Source: Escherichia coli
Lineage (GTDB): Bacteria; Pseudomonadota; Gammaproteobacteria; Enterobacterales; Enterobacteriaceae
Strand: one strand, 5' to 3'
Assembly: GCF_050920415.1 (NCBI RefSeq)
Contig: NZ_CP169309.1
DNA length: 64,000 nucleotides
The notes beneath the pieces are model-generated. The model was given only the letters and a program-made list of their open reading frames with translations, searched no databases and had not been told where the DNA came from. Positions within the stretch are counted from its first letter, which is position 1. Every line of letters starts with the position of its first letter. Shown here one piece after another: positions 50,687 through 64,000 of the stretch. The position numbers and the translations under genes are program-made.

Positions 50687-51442
50687 TTAACTCATCGACA
50701 GCAGTTGGTTGGCACGGCCTGCGTTATCATCAACGCTGCTGATCACCTTCATCTGCATTTCAAAACGCCGCGCGCTGGCAATCATGTCGCTCATTGCCGC
50801 AACGGCATTGACGTTACTGCCTTCCAGAACCCCCGACATCACACGTAAGGTTGGATCTGCCTGCAGTACCGGCCCACGCGTAGCCTGGCTTTCTGCGCTT
50901 AAACGAAACATGCCGTCGTCACCGCGCTGCACTTCGCTGCCCGTGGCTTTCACCAGCTTCAGACGCCCCACTGGCGCGACAGTATTTGCCGGATCGCCAG
51001 AATTCAGCGCCGAGATTGTGCCATCGGCAGCAACAGTGATTTCCGCCCCTTCCGGCACAGCAATTGGCCCCGCCTCGCCGATCACCGGATGCCCCTGAAT
51101 TGTCAGTTGCCCGGTGGGATCAACCTGAATGCTGCCATTACGCGTATATCCTTCGCTGCCGTCAGCGGTCTGCACGGCCAGCCAGCCGTCCTGCTGCAAC
51201 GCGACGTCCAGCGGGCGCGAGGTGTAATCCATCTTACCGGGCGTCATGTCAGCACCCGGTGTTGACGCCGTAACCAGCGTGCGCGTGGGTAGTGAAAGCC
51301 CTTCCACCGGCACTGCACGCAAGGCGTTTAACTGTGCGCGAAAACCGGGCGTAGAGGCATTGGCCAGATTACTGGCGGTCACCGCCTGTTGATTCAGCGT
51401 CTGGCTGGCTGCCCCCATCGCGGTATAAATTGCGTGATCCAT
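50687..51442 (-). CDS. flgF: Flagellar proximal rod protein FlgF
   Basis: 251 aa. Confidence 0.96.
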   Translation of the reverse strand: MDHAIYTAMGAASQTLNQQAVTASNLANASTPGFRAQLNALRAVPVEGLSLPTRTLVTASTPGADMTPGKMDYTSRPLDVALQQDGWLAVQTADGSEGYTRNGSIQVDPTGQLTIQGHPVIGEAGPIAVPEGAEITVAADGTISALNSGDPANTVAPVGRLKLVKATGSEVQRGDDGMFRLSAESQATRGPVLQADPTLRVMSGVLEGSNVNAVAAMSDMIASARRFEMQMKVISSVDDNAGRANQLLSMS

Positions 51443-51461
51443 TGAGCTATCCCGTCAGCGA

Positions 51462-52667
51462 TTAGCGTAAGTTAACCAGCGTGTTGAGGATCTGGTCCTG
51501 AGTTTTGATGGTCTGGGCGTTAGACTGATAGTTACGCTGGGCAACGATCATATTGACCAGTTCTTTGCTGAGATCGACGTTGGACGCTTCCAGCGCACCG
51601 TTGGTCAGGGTGCCAAAGTTGCCCGTCCCGGCAGTCCCCAACAGCGCCACGCCAGAAGATTGCGTCGCAGACCAGACATTGTCACCTTCAGATGCCAAAC
51701 CTTCGTTGTTGGCAAAGTTCGCCAGTACAATCTGCCCCAGCAGTTGGGTTTGTTCGTTGGAATAGTTGCCGACAACCGTACCGTCATCATTGATTTGATA
51801 ACTCACCAGATCGCCCGGTTTATAGCCGTTCTGGGTGGTTGCCACAATGTTGTTAGCACCGGTATTTTGCTGCATGGAGTTGAGGAAGCTCAGGCTAAAC
51901 GTGGCGGGATCTGCGCCGTTAATTGCGCCGGTGGTAATATCCTTTGTTGGATCTGAGGTCAGAACGCCATTGGCATTAAACAACAGCGTCGTTGCAGGGT
52001 TAGCTGTGCCTTTTGGATCACTGCTATCCAGGGTGTAAACATCCCAGTTATTATCCCCGGTCTTCACAAAATAAACGCTCATATCATGAGCATTACCCTG
52101 ACTATCGAAAACAGTCACCGAACCTTTTTTGTTATAGCTATCCGCATTGCTGGCATCGAATCCTTTAACAGAGGGAAGCGGATCACTGGAATTCAGGTTG
52201 ATCTGCATCGACGCCGTGGTGGTAGTTTTCGCTGCCATCAGGGTATTCGGGATCGAAATATTGGTCGGATTCGCCCCTTGTTGAATAGTCGGCGGCGTAC
52301 CGGTTGCCGGGTAACCCGTCAGCTGTAAACCTTGCATATTCACCAGGTTACGGTTTTCATCCAGCTTAAATTGTCCGTTACGGCTGTAGAACACCGAACC
52401 GTTGCTGTCTACCAGACGGAAAAAACCGTTCTGGCTGATAGCAACGTCCAGACCACGCCCGGTGTTGGTGGTCGTGCCATCGGTAAAGTCCTGAGTGATA
52501 CCGGCAACTTTTACCCCCAGTCCCACTTTCGAACCGGCAAACATATCGGCAAAAGAGGCCGTGCCTGATTTAAAGCCGTAGGTGGCGGAGTTGGCGATAT
52601 TGTTGCCAATAACATCGAGGTTGGTGGCGGCAGCGTTTAATCCGCTAACCGCTTGAGAAAAGGCCAT
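51462..52667 (-). CDS. flgE: Flagellar hook protein FlgE
   Basis: 401 aa; conserved termini, variable central domain. Confidence 0.96.
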   Translation of the reverse strand: MAFSQAVSGLNAAATNLDVIGNNIANSATYGFKSGTASFADMFAGSKVGLGVKVAGITQDFTDGTTTNTGRGLDVAISQNGFFRLVDSNGSVFYSRNGQFKLDENRNLVNMQGLQLTGYPATGTPPTIQQGANPTNISIPNTLMAAKTTTTASMQINLNSSDPLPSVKGFDASNADSYNKKGSVTVFDSQGNAHDMSVYFVKTGDNNWDVYTLDSSDPKGTANPATTLLFNANGVLTSDPTKDITTGAINGADPATFSLSFLNSMQQNTGANNIVATTQNGYKPGDLVSYQINDDGTVVGNYSNEQTQLLGQIVLANFANNEGLASEGDNVWSATQSSGVALLGTAGTGNFGTLTNGALEASNVDLSKELVNMIVAQRNYQSNAQTIKTQDQILNTLVNLR

Positions 52668-52692
52668 GACTGACTCCTGAAATTTGAGGGCT

Positions 52693-53388
52693 TTAAATTA
52701 TCTGCCGTACTTCGTCGAGGGTGGTGGTGCCGTAAGTGCCGAGATCCAGCGTATTACCGTTGTTGCCGCGGATCACCCCCTGCACCAGAGCAAACTGCAG
52801 CGGCTGGGCAACCAGTTGTGTACCACCGCTACTGGCGCTAATCGCTACATTGTAAGAACCGTTCGGCGCAGTGCTGCCGTCAGTCAACGTACCGTCCCAG
52901 GTGAAACTGTGGACTCCGGCAGTCAGTTCACCGATATCAATGGTACGGACAACCGCGCCGTTTTTATCGGTGATGGTGGCCGTAACTTTGTCTGCCGCCT
53001 GCTGCAACTCAACACCAAACGGTGTGGTCGTGGTCACAGCCCCTTCTTCACTGCCGGTTCCGGCAAGAACTGTGGTGCCGGGGATCATCACACCGTGACC
53101 GATCAGGTTACTGGCCTGTAACGACTGGCTGTTATCAATCTGTCCGGAAATAGATCCGAGCGTGGTATTGAGTTTTTCAATCCCGCTGACCGTGCTGATT
53201 TGCGCCAATTGCGACGTCAGCTCGTTGTTTTCCATTGGATTGGTCGGGTCCTGGTTTTTCAGCTGCGCCACCAGCAAAGTCAGAAAACTGCTTTGTAAAT
53301 CTGCGGCGTTGCTACCCGTGAGCGAGCTACTGCTGGTGGTGCTAACGCCGGTATTTGTCGGATCGGTGGTGGTTACCGCAATGGACAT
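52693..53388 (-). CDS. flgD: Flagellar hook capping protein FlgD
   Basis: 231 aa. Confidence 0.96.
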   Translation of the reverse strand: MSIAVTTTDPTNTGVSTTSSSSLTGSNAADLQSSFLTLLVAQLKNQDPTNPMENNELTSQLAQISTVSGIEKLNTTLGSISGQIDNSQSLQASNLIGHGVMIPGTTVLAGTGSEEGAVTTTTPFGVELQQAADKVTATITDKNGAVVRTIDIGELTAGVHSFTWDGTLTDGSTAPNGSYNVAISASSGGTQLVAQPLQFALVQGVIRGNNGNTLDLGTYGTTTLDEVRQII

Positions 53389-53399
53389 AGCTTTCTCCT

Positions 53400-53804
53400 T
53401 TATTGACCGAGCGTAAGGGTTTTCAGCATCATGCTTTTCACCGTGTTGAGCACTTCAACATTGGCCTGATAGCTGCGTGACGCCGACATGGTGTTAACCA
53501 TCTCCCCGACAACATCAACGTTTGGCATTTTCACGTAGCCCTTTGCATCCGCCAGCGGATTACCCGGTTCATAAACCAGTTTGTCCGGAGCCTGACTTTC
53601 TATAACATCGGCAACCTTTACGCCGCCTGTCGCAGCACCTGGCGCAGCGTTAACCTGAAATACCACCTGTTTTGCCCGATATGGCTGTCCATCGGGACCG
53701 GTCACGCTATCAGCATTCGCCAGATTACTGGCCGCCACGTTCAGGCGCTGGGACTGGGCAGTTAACGCCGACCCGGCGATATCAAAAATATTCAGCAGTG
53801 CCAT
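53400..53804 (-). CDS. flgC: Flagellar proximal rod protein FlgC
   Basis: 134 aa. Confidence 0.97.
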
Positions 53805-53807
53805 CCG

Positions 53808-54224
53808 TTAATTTCCGCTCTGTAAAACGTTCATCATGCCTTTGATTTGCCCGCTCAACGCGCTAAGGCTCATCTGGTATTGCAGGCTATTATCGGCAAA
53901 CTGGGTGCGTTCGCGATCCATATCGACGGTATTACCATCCAGCGAAGGCTGGTCCGGAATACGGTATTGCAGTTCTGCGGTAGGAGGCGTCAGCGCCTGC
54001 GCCGGAATGTGTTGCGTTGAGGTCATCGTCAGCGCAACCATGCTGGTTTCATCCCGTCCACGCTGCATGACCTTTTTAAGTTCACTGGCAAAATCGATAT
54101 CGCGTGCCTGATAACCAGGGGTATCGGCATTGGCGATGTTTGCTGCCAGCACTTCCTGACGCTGGGCGCGCAGATTGAGCGCCTCTTGTTGAAAACGTAA
54201 GGCGGCGTCGAGCTTATCGAGCAT
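53808..54224 (-). CDS. flgB: Flagellar proximal rod protein FlgB
   Basis: 138 aa. Confidence 0.97.
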   Translation of the reverse strand: MLDKLDAALRFQQEALNLRAQRQEVLAANIANADTPGYQARDIDFASELKKVMQRGRDETSMVALTMTSTQHIPAQALTPPTAELQYRIPDQPSLDGNTVDMDRERTQFADNSLQYQMSLSALSGQIKGMMNVLQSGN

Positions 54225-54378
54225 ATCTCCTCCGCAAGTATCAAAATTCTGCCATCAGCTTAAATGCCTTTACGCGCGCGTTATCGGCGGAATAAACGCA
54301 AAATGGGTCGCTATTTATGCCGTTGATGGTCATTGCGTACAGGTACAATTCACGTTGTAGAAATGGCTGGGAGCGAAA
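54225..54378. promoter_or_regulatory. Divergent flgB / flgA class 2 promoter region (FlhDC-dependent by established knowledge)
   Basis: 154-bp divergent intergenic region; binding sites not individually mapped here. Confidence 0.5.
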
Positions 54379-55038
54379 ATGCTGACAATAAAACGTAGCG
54401 TGGCGATCATTGCGATACTGTTCAGTCCGTTAAGTGCGGCGAGCAATCTCACATCGCAGTTACAAACCTTTTTTAGCGCCCAGCTCGCGGGAGTAAGTGA
54501 TGAGGTTCGTGTTTCTATTCGTACATCGCCCCATCTACTTCCGCCGTGCGAGCAACCACTGCTTTCGATAAGCAATAATTCCCGCCTGTGGGGAAATGTG
54601 AATGTGCTGGCACGCTGCGGTAACGACAAACGATATTTGCAAGTCAATGTACAGGCCACAGGAAATTATGTGGTTGCCGCGATGCCCATTGTGCGGGGAG
54701 GAAAGCTGGAAGCTGGCAATGTAAAACTGAAACGCGGACGACTGGACACCTTGCCGCCGCGTACTGTGTTGGATATCAATCAACTTATTGATGCCGTTAG
54801 CCTGCGCGATCTATCACCCGAACAACCTATCCAATTAACCCAGTTGCGCCAGGCCTGGCGTGTAAAAGCGGGACAACGCGTCAACGTGATCGCCAGTGGT
54901 GATGGGTTTAGCGCCAACGCTGAAGGTCAGGCGCTGAACAATGCTGCCGTCGCACAGAATGCGCGGGTGCGCATGGTATCGGGACAGGTGGTCAGCGGCG
55001 TTGTTGATGCAGATGGGAATATTCTTATAAACCTGTAA
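54379..55038 (+). CDS. flgA: Flagellar P-ring assembly chaperone FlgA
   Basis: 219 aa with signal peptide. Confidence 0.95.
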   Translation: MLTIKRSVAIIAILFSPLSAASNLTSQLQTFFSAQLAGVSDEVRVSIRTSPHLLPPCEQPLLSISNNSRLWGNVNVLARCGNDKRYLQVNVQATGNYVVAAMPIVRGGKLEAGNVKLKRGRLDTLPPRTVLDINQLIDAVSLRDLSPEQPIQLTQLRQAWRVKAGQRVNVIASGDGFSANAEGQALNNAAVAQNARVRMVSGQVVSGVVDADGNILINL

Positions 55039-55043
55039 GCTAT

Positions 55044-55070
55044 TAAAGATTACCCGTCCCTTGCCGATAA
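55044..55070 (+). promoter_or_regulatory. sigma28 (FliA) class 3 promoter for flgMN
   Basis: TAAAGATT-N11-GCCGATAA, near-perfect match to the TAAAGTTT-N11-GCCGATAA consensus, about 45 bp upstream of flgM. Confidence 0.8.
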
Positions 55071-55113
55071 ATAAGCAACACATGATAAAAGCGCCCTCAA
55101 TGAGGAATAAACC

Positions 55114-55407
55114 ATGAGTATTGACCGCACTTCACCTCTGAAGCCCGTAAGCACCGTTCAACCGCGTGAAACCACTGACGCGCCGGTAACGAATACCCGG
55201 GCGGCAAAAACAACCGCCGCCACCAGCACCAGTGTGACGTTAAGCGACGCGCAAGCAAAACTAATGCAACCCGGCAGCAGTGATATCAATCTTGAACGTG
55301 TCGAAGCGTTAAAACTGGCGATTCGTAACGGTGAACTAAAAATGGACACCGGCAAAATTGCCGATGCGCTAATCAACGAAGCGCAGCAAGACTTGCAGAG
55401 TAACTGA
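55114..55407 (+). CDS. flgM: Anti-sigma-28 factor FlgM
   Basis: 97 aa. Confidence 0.97.
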   Translation: MSIDRTSPLKPVSTVQPRETTDAPVTNTRAAKTTAATSTSVTLSDAQAKLMQPGSSDINLERVEALKLAIRNGELKMDTGKIADALINEAQQDLQSN

Positions 55408-55411
55408 TCGT

Positions 55412-55828
55412 ATGACGCGTCTTGCAGAGATCCTCGACCAGATGTCCGCAGTGCTTAACGATCTCAAAACGGTAATGGATCAAGAGCAGCAACATCTCTC
55501 AATGGGGCAGATCAACGGCAGCCAGTTGCAATGGATTACAGAACAAAAAAGCTCACTGCTGGCGACGTTGGATTACCTCGAACAGTTACGCAGAAAAGAA
55601 CCCAATGCAGAAAATAGCGTTGATATTAGTCAACGTTGGCAGGAAATTACGGTGCAAACTCAGCAACTACGTCAAATGAATCAACATAATGGCTGGTTAC
55701 TGGAAGGACAGATTGAGCGCAATCAACAGGCGCTGGAAATGTTAAAACCGCATCAGGAACCGACGCTGTACGGGGCGAACGGTCAGACATCAATACCCCA
55801 TCGCGGCAGTAAAAAGATTTCGATCTGA
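55412..55828 (+). CDS. flgN: Flagellar export chaperone FlgN
   Basis: 138 aa. Confidence 0.96.
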   Translation: MTRLAEILDQMSAVLNDLKTVMDQEQQHLSMGQINGSQLQWITEQKSSLLATLDYLEQLRRKEPNAENSVDISQRWQEITVQTQQLRQMNQHNGWLLEGQIERNQQALEMLKPHQEPTLYGANGQTSIPHRGSKKISI

Positions 55829-55867
55829 AGATTATCTCCGGCCTGCAGTGCAGGCCGGAATGCATTG

Positions 55868-57490
<1,623 letters not shown>

Positions 57491-57512
57491 CTACCGCCAG
57501 ATGTTACAGGGT

Positions 57513-58436
57513 TTATTCACTCATCGCATCGCGCCAGATCTTGTCAACGATGCGTTGCGCCAGTATTGCCTGTTCTCCGGCAGTTTGTGGAACTGTCTGA
57601 TTTTGCACGCAATCAATGAAGTGACGCGCACAGCCAACAAATCCACGTTGCTCAAGAGTACTCTGCCAACCTGGAATAGGTTTATGCACCACGCCCTGCC
57701 CGCGCTCCTCACGCCATTCGCGCATATCCGTAATGTCGATGAGCGCACCGTCAGTCACGGCCTGCACGGTTTCACGCTGACTTCCGGCACGGCGATGCAT
57801 ACAGGTGGTGATCTGCAAAGGACCGGCCGAAAAATGGTGCTCGGCAAACAGCATTTCGCCAGCGTCATTAGTCAGTAGCGTACCGCCATCCAGAGAGACT
57901 TTGCCGCCCGACAACCACAGCACGGTATCCACCACATGCAGATAATCATCCAGCAACGTGAAATAAAGGTCGTGTGGCCCGACGCTATTACTACGATGTT
58001 TATCCATTCTTAGCGAGGCGGCGGTGGAGAGTTGTGTTTTTAACTCAACGTAGAGTGGTGCGAAGCGACGGTTAAAACCGACCATCAACGTCAGTTTTTT
58101 CCGCGCCGCCAGTTCAACCAGCCGTTCAGCATCGCGCAGATTTTCTGCCAGCGGTTTATCGACACAGACATGTACCCCCGCATTGAGTAACGCACTGACC
58201 ACGTCAAGGTGGCTGGCGGTGCTGGAATGCACAAAAACTGCATCGCAACTGGCGGCAAGGCTGGATAACGAATCGGCATAAGGAATGCGCCAGCTGTCAC
58301 AAATTGGCAAGGCTTTCGCGCGCGTAGGCGACCACGCACCTTGTAACGTCCAGTCAGACGCTGCCGCCAGCACCGGTAACCACGCCTTTTGCGCGATGCC
58401 GCCTAACCCCACTACGCCGATACGTAATTTTTTCAC
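57513..58436 (-). CDS. yceM: Gfo/Idh/MocA-family oxidoreductase YceM (MviM)
   Basis: 307 aa from GTG at 58436 (MKKLRIGVVGLGGIAQKA, Rossmann fold). Confidence 0.9.
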   Translation of the reverse strand: MKKLRIGVVGLGGIAQKAWLPVLAAASDWTLQGAWSPTRAKALPICDSWRIPYADSLSSLAASCDAVFVHSSTASHLDVVSALLNAGVHVCVDKPLAENLRDAERLVELAARKKLTLMVGFNRRFAPLYVELKTQLSTAASLRMDKHRSNSVGPHDLYFTLLDDYLHVVDTVLWLSGGKVSLDGGTLLTNDAGEMLFAEHHFSAGPLQITTCMHRRAGSQRETVQAVTDGALIDITDMREWREERGQGVVHKPIPGWQSTLEQRGFVGCARHFIDCVQNQTVPQTAGEQAILAQRIVDKIWRDAMSE

Positions 58437-58437
58437 T

Positions 58438-59680
<1,243 letters not shown>

Positions 59681-59915
59681 TCTATACCTACTCCTTCCCG
59701 TAACGTCTTTAATACGCTGTAAGTATTACTATACCTGCGCAACCAGACCCTGTGAAAAGTCCAGAATGCCGTTTTCTGCATTATTCACATATTTGATAAA
59801 AACTCTCTATCAAAGCGACGTTTTGATAAAAAAATATTGTCCCCGAAGTGATGGGAAAAGTCTTAGCGGCAATGCAGAATAGAAAGTGCTCATCTTTTAT
59901 TTCCCGGGAGGGGAA

Positions 59916-61124
59916 ATGTCCCGCGTGTCGCAGGCGAGGAACCTGGGTAAATATTTCCTGCTCATCGATAATATGCTGGTCGTGCTGGGGTTCTTTGTTG
60001 TCTTCCCGCTGATCTCTATCCGCTTCGTTGATCAAATGGGCTGGGCCGCCGTCATGGTCGGTATTGCCCTTGGTCTACGTCAGTTTATTCAGCAAGGTCT
60101 GGGGATTTTCGGCGGCGCAATTGCCGACCGCTTTGGTGCCAAACCGATGATTGTCACCGGTATGCTGATGCGTGCCGCCGGATTCGCCACAATGGGTATC
60201 GCCCACGAACCGTGGCTACTGTGGTTTTCATGCCTGCTTTCGGGACTCGGCGGCACGTTGTTTGATCCTCCGCGTTCGGCGCTGGTGGTGAAACTAATCC
60301 GTCCACAACAGCGTGGTCGTTTTTTCTCGCTGTTAATGATGCAGGACAGTGCCGGTGCGGTCATTGGCGCATTGTTGGGGAGCTGGCTGTTGCAATACGA
60401 CTTTCGCCTGGTCTGCGCCACAGGGGCAGTTTTGTTTGTGCTGTGTGCAGCGTTCAATGCGTGGTTGTTACCGGCATGGAAACTCTCCACCGTACGCACG
60501 CCCGTTCGCGAAGGCATGACCCGCGTGATGCGCGACAAGCGTTTTGTCACCTATGTCCTGACGCTGGCGGGTTACTACATGCTGGCTGTACAAGTGATGC
60601 TGATGCTGCCAATTATGGTCAACGACGTCGCGGGCGCGCCGTCTGCCGTTAAATGGATGTATGCCATTGAGGCGTGTCTGTCGTTAACGTTGCTCTACCC
60701 TATCGCCCGCTGGAGTGAAAAACATTTTCGTCTGGAACACCGATTGATGGCTGGGCTATTAATAATGTCATTAAGCATGATGCCAGTGGGTATGGTCAGC
60801 GGCCTGCAACAACTTTTCACTCTGATTTGTCTGTTTTATATCGGGTCGATCATTGCTGAGCCTGCGCGTGAAACCTTAAGTGCTTCGCTGGCAGATGCAA
60901 GAGCACGCGGCAGCTATATGGGGTTTAGCCGTCTGGGTCTGGCGATTGGCGGCGCGATTGGTTATATCGGTGGTGGCTGGCTATTTGACTTGGGTAAATC
61001 AGCGCACCAACCAGAGCTTCCGTGGATGATGCTGGGCATTATTGGCATCTTCACTTTCCTTGCGCTGGGTTGGCAGTTTAGCCAGAAACGCACCGCGCGT
61101 CGTTTGCTGGAACGCGACGCCTGA
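59916..61124 (+). CDS. mdtH: MFS multidrug efflux transporter MdtH
   Basis: 402 aa from ATG at 59916 ([11 protein letters not shown]) with a GGGAGGGG SD; 12-TM MFS. Confidence 0.94.
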   Translation: MSRVSQARNLGKYFLLIDNMLVVLGFFVVFPLISIRFVDQMGWAAVMVGIALGLRQFIQQGLGIFGGAIADRFGAKPMIVTGMLMRAAGFATMGIAHEPWLLWFSCLLSGLGGTLFDPPRSALVVKLIRPQQRGRFFSLLMMQDSAGAVIGALLGSWLLQYDFRLVCATGAVLFVLCAAFNAWLLPAWKLSTVRTPVREGMTRVMRDKRFVTYVLTLAGYYMLAVQVMLMLPIMVNDVAGAPSAVKWMYAIEACLSLTLLYPIARWSEKHFRLEHRLMAGLLIMSLSMMPVGMVSGLQQLFTLICLFYIGSIIAEPARETLSASLADARARGSYMGFSRLGLAIGGAIGYIGGGWLFDLGKSAHQPELPWMMLGIIGIFTFLALGWQFSQKRTARRLLERDA

Positions 61125-61187
61125 TTTGATACTCCCCCCTGACTCCTCCATACTGAAAGTGAACTGACAGCCAAATGGAGGAGTCAC

Positions 61188-61835
61188 GTGAAGCTATACA
61201 TTTACGATCACTGCCCTTACTGCCTCAAAGCCCGCATGATTTTCGGCCTGAAAAATATCCCCGTCGAATTACATGTTCTGCTCAATGACGACGCAGAAAC
61301 ACCCACCCGGATGGTCGGTCAAAAACAGGTTCCCATTCTGCAAAAAGATGACAGCCGCTATATGCCAGAAAGCATGGACATCGTTCACTATGTCGATAAA
61401 CTCGACGGCAAACCGTTACTGACCGGCAAACGTTCACCTGCCATTGAAGAATGGCTGCGCAAGGTCAACGGCTACGCCAACAAACTGCTGTTACCGCGTT
61501 TTGCCAAATCGGCATTTGATGAGTTTTCTACTCCCGCCGCACGCAAATATTTTGTCGACAAGAAAGAAGCCAGCGCGGGTAATTTTGCCGACCTGCTGGC
61601 CCACTCTGACGGTCTGATTAAGAATATCAGCGATGATTTACGTGCGCTGGACAAACTTATCGTCAAACCGAACGCCGTGAATGGCGAACTTTCGGAAGAC
61701 GATATTCAGCTATTTCCGCTCCTGCGTAATCTGACGCTGGTAGCCGGAATCAACTGGCCAAGCCGCGTTGCTGATTACCGCGATAATATGGCGAAACAGA
61801 CACAAATCAATTTGTTATCATCAATGGCGATTTAA
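61188..61835 (+). CDS. grxB: Glutaredoxin 2
   Basis: 215 aa; CPYC active site. Confidence 0.96.
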   Translation: MKLYIYDHCPYCLKARMIFGLKNIPVELHVLLNDDAETPTRMVGQKQVPILQKDDSRYMPESMDIVHYVDKLDGKPLLTGKRSPAIEEWLRKVNGYANKLLLPRFAKSAFDEFSTPAARKYFVDKKEASAGNFADLLAHSDGLIKNISDDLRALDKLIVKPNAVNGELSEDDIQLFPLLRNLTLVAGINWPSRVADYRDNMAKQTQINLLSSMAI

Positions 61836-61968
61836 TCCTGACCCGCCGCGGCAGCCTGTATTCGTGGGTTGCCGCCGTTTTCAGTTTTTTCTGCTGGCGA
61901 GTTTATCGCTGGTGACACATGCTGCGTTGTGTCAGGATATTGACGCAGATTTCATGTCGAGGACTACC

Positions 61969-62529
61969 ATGAACAAGTTTTTATTTGCCGCTGTATTGTT
62001 CGTCAGTGGCCTGCTCGTTGGCTGTAATCAACTCACCCAATACACCATCACCGAACAAGAAATTAACCAGTCGCTTGCGAAACATAATAATTTCTCAAAA
62101 GATATCGGTTTACCCGGCGTGGCTGACGCTCATATTGTTCTGACAAACCTGACCAGCCAAATTGGTCGCGAAGAGCCGAATAAGGTTACCCTAACCGGAG
62201 ACGCCAATCTGGACATGAACTCCCTGTTCGGTAGCCAGAAAGCGACCATGAAACTGAAGCTGAAAGCGCTGCCTGTGTTTGATAAAGAAAAAGGCGCGAT
62301 CTTCCTGAAAGAGATGGAAGTAGTCGATGCGACGGTACAACCGGAAAAAATGCAAACGGTGATGCAAACGTTGCTTCCCTATTTGAACCAGGCATTACGC
62401 AATTACTTTAACCAGCAACCTGCTTATGTCCTGCGCGAAGATGGCAGTAAGGGCGAAGCAATGGCGAAGAAACTGGCGAAAGGTATTGAAGTGAAGCCTG
62501 GTGAAATTGTCATTCCGTTTACTGATTAA
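61969..62529 (+). CDS. yceB: Lipoprotein YceB (DUF1439)
   Basis: 186 aa from ATG at 61969 (MNKFLFAAVLFVSGLLVGC lipobox); ORF-track start is an upstream extension. Confidence 0.92.
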   Translation: MNKFLFAAVLFVSGLLVGCNQLTQYTITEQEINQSLAKHNNFSKDIGLPGVADAHIVLTNLTSQIGREEPNKVTLTGDANLDMNSLFGSQKATMKLKLKALPVFDKEKGAIFLKEMEVVDATVQPEKMQTVMQTLLPYLNQALRNYFNQQPAYVLREDGSKGEAMAKKLAKGIEVKPGEIVIPFTD

Positions 62530-62634
62530 TCACGAGGGCGCATTTGCGCCCTTTATTTTTCGTGCAAAGGAAAACGTTTCCGCTTATCCTTTGTGTCCGG
62601 CAAAAACATCCCTTCAGCCGGAGCATAGAGATTA

Positions 62635-63681
62635 ATGACTGCACCATCCCAGGTATTAAAGATCCGCCGCCCAGACGACTGGCACCTTCACCTCCGCGAT
62701 GGCGACATGTTAAAAACTGTCGTGCCTTATACCAGCGAAATTTATGGACGGGCTATCGTAATGCCCAATCTGGCTCCGCCCGTGACCACCGTTGAGGCTG
62801 CCGTGGCATATCGCCAGCGTATTCTCGACGCCGTACCTGCCGGGCACGATTTCACCCCGCTGATGACCTGTTATTTAACAGATTCGCTGGACCCTAATGA
62901 GCTGGAACGTGGATTTAACGAAGGCGTGTTCACCGCTGCAAAACTTTACCCCGCAAACGCAACCACTAACTCCAGCCACGGCGTGACGTCGGTTGATGCA
63001 ATCATGCCGGTACTTGAGCGCATGGAAAAAATCGGTATGCCGCTACTGGTGCATGGTGAAGTGACACATGCAGATATCGACATTTTTGATCGTGAGGCGC
63101 GCTTTATAGAAAGCGTAATGGAACCGCTTCGCCAGCGCCTGACCGCGCTGAAAGTCGTTTTTGAGCACATCACCACCAAAGAAGCTGCCGACTATGTCCG
63201 TGACGGAAATGAACGTCTGGCGGCCACCATCACTCCTCAGCATCTGATGTTTAACCGTAACCATATGCTGGTTGGTGGCGTGCATCCACACCTGTACTGT
63301 CTGCCAATACTCAAACGCAATATTCACCAACAGGCATTACGTGAACTGGTCGCCAGCGGTTTTAATCGTGTATTCCTCGGCACGGATTCTGCGCCGCATG
63401 CACGTCATCGCAAAGAAAGCAGTTGCGGCTGTGCGGGCTGCTTCAACGCACCTACTGCGCTGGGCAGTTACGCTACCGTCTTTGAAGAGATGAATGCTCT
63501 ACAGCACTTTGAAGCATTCTGTTCTGTAAACGGACCGCAGTTCTATGGTTTGCCGGTCAACGACACATTCATCGAACTGGTCCGCGAAGAACAGCAGGTT
63601 GCTGAAAGCATCGCATTGACTGATGACACACTGGTGCCATTCCTCGCCGGGGAAACGGTACGCTGGTCCGTTAAACAATAA
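62635..63681 (+). CDS. pyrC: Dihydroorotase
   Basis: 348 aa; HxH metal-binding motif (DWHLHLRDG). Confidence 0.97.
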   Translation: MTAPSQVLKIRRPDDWHLHLRDGDMLKTVVPYTSEIYGRAIVMPNLAPPVTTVEAAVAYRQRILDAVPAGHDFTPLMTCYLTDSLDPNELERGFNEGVFTAAKLYPANATTNSSHGVTSVDAIMPVLERMEKIGMPLLVHGEVTHADIDIFDREARFIESVMEPLRQRLTALKVVFEHITTKEAADYVRDGNERLAATITPQHLMFNRNHMLVGGVHPHLYCLPILKRNIHQQALRELVASGFNRVFLGTDSAPHARHRKESSCGCAGCFNAPTALGSYATVFEEMNALQHFEAFCSVNGPQFYGLPVNDTFIELVREEQQVAESIALTDDTLVPFLAGETVRWSVKQ

Positions 63682-63715
63682 AAATCGTAGCTTCCTGTTG
63701 TCATTAGGTTATTTT

Positions 63716-63735
63716 AACTGTATAAATAACCAGTA
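63716..63735 (+). promoter_or_regulatory. LexA (SOS) box upstream of dinI
   Basis: CTGTATAAATAACCAG at 63718-63733 matches CTGT-N8-ACAG with one mismatch, about 20 bp upstream of the dinI ATG. Confidence 0.7.
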
Positions 63736-63754
63736 TATTCAACAGGGGGCTATT

Positions 63755-64000
63755 ATGCGAATTGAAGTCACCATAGCGAAAACTTCTCCATTGCCAGCGG
63801 GGGCTATTGACGCCCTGGCTGGCGAACTTTCCCGCCGTATTCAGTATGCGTTTCCTGATAATGAAGGCCACGTATCGGTACGTTATGCCGCAGCGAATAA
63901 TTTATCGGTTATTGGCGCGACAAAAGAAGATAAACAGCGCATTAGCGAAATTCTCCAGGAAACGTGGGAAAGCGCCGATGACTGGTTTGTCAGCGAATAA
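63755..64000 (+). CDS. dinI: DNA damage-inducible protein I
   Basis: 81 aa from ATG at 63755 (MRIEVTIAKTSPLPAGAIDAL...DDWFVSE); stop is the last codon of the window. Confidence 0.96.
   Translation: MRIEVTIAKTSPLPAGAIDALAGELSRRIQYAFPDNEGHVSVRYAAANNLSVIGATKEDKQRISEILQETWESADDWFVSE

Overview
Escherichia coli-like chromosomal window, in reverse orientation relative to the K-12 map; all K-12 comparisons below are from memory, not from a search. Positions 1 to about 2800 are the terminal part of an integrated lambdoid element: the 3' portion of a lambda-family tyrosine integrase (runs off the left edge), a Rha-family regulator, and a convergent two-gene operon of unknown function. The element sits at the extreme 3' end of potB; potB-like codons resume at about 2797 and overlap the potC start. 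The remaining ~61 kb is conserved core genome: potCD, cobB, nagK, lolEDC, ycfT, mfd, ldtC, bhsA, comR, ycfJ, ndh, ycfP, nagZ, thiK, lpoB, ycfL, hinT, fhuE, ptsG, ycfH, holB, tmk, mltG, pabC, fabF-acpP-fabG-fabD-fabH-plsX-rpmF-yceD, yceF, rluC, rne, flgLKJIHGFEDCB, flgAMN, murJ, yceM, yceH, rimJ, mdtH, grxB, yceB, pyrC and dinI. No rRNA, tRNA or CRISPR array was seen. The best candidate for an undescribed system is the two-gene cargo operon at 1712-2490 (minus strand), between the integrase and the prophage-chromosome junction. I recognise no family for either protein, so every functional idea about it is inference. Many ORF-track starts are upstream extensions; coordinates below use the conserved start where I could verify the codon in the sequence.
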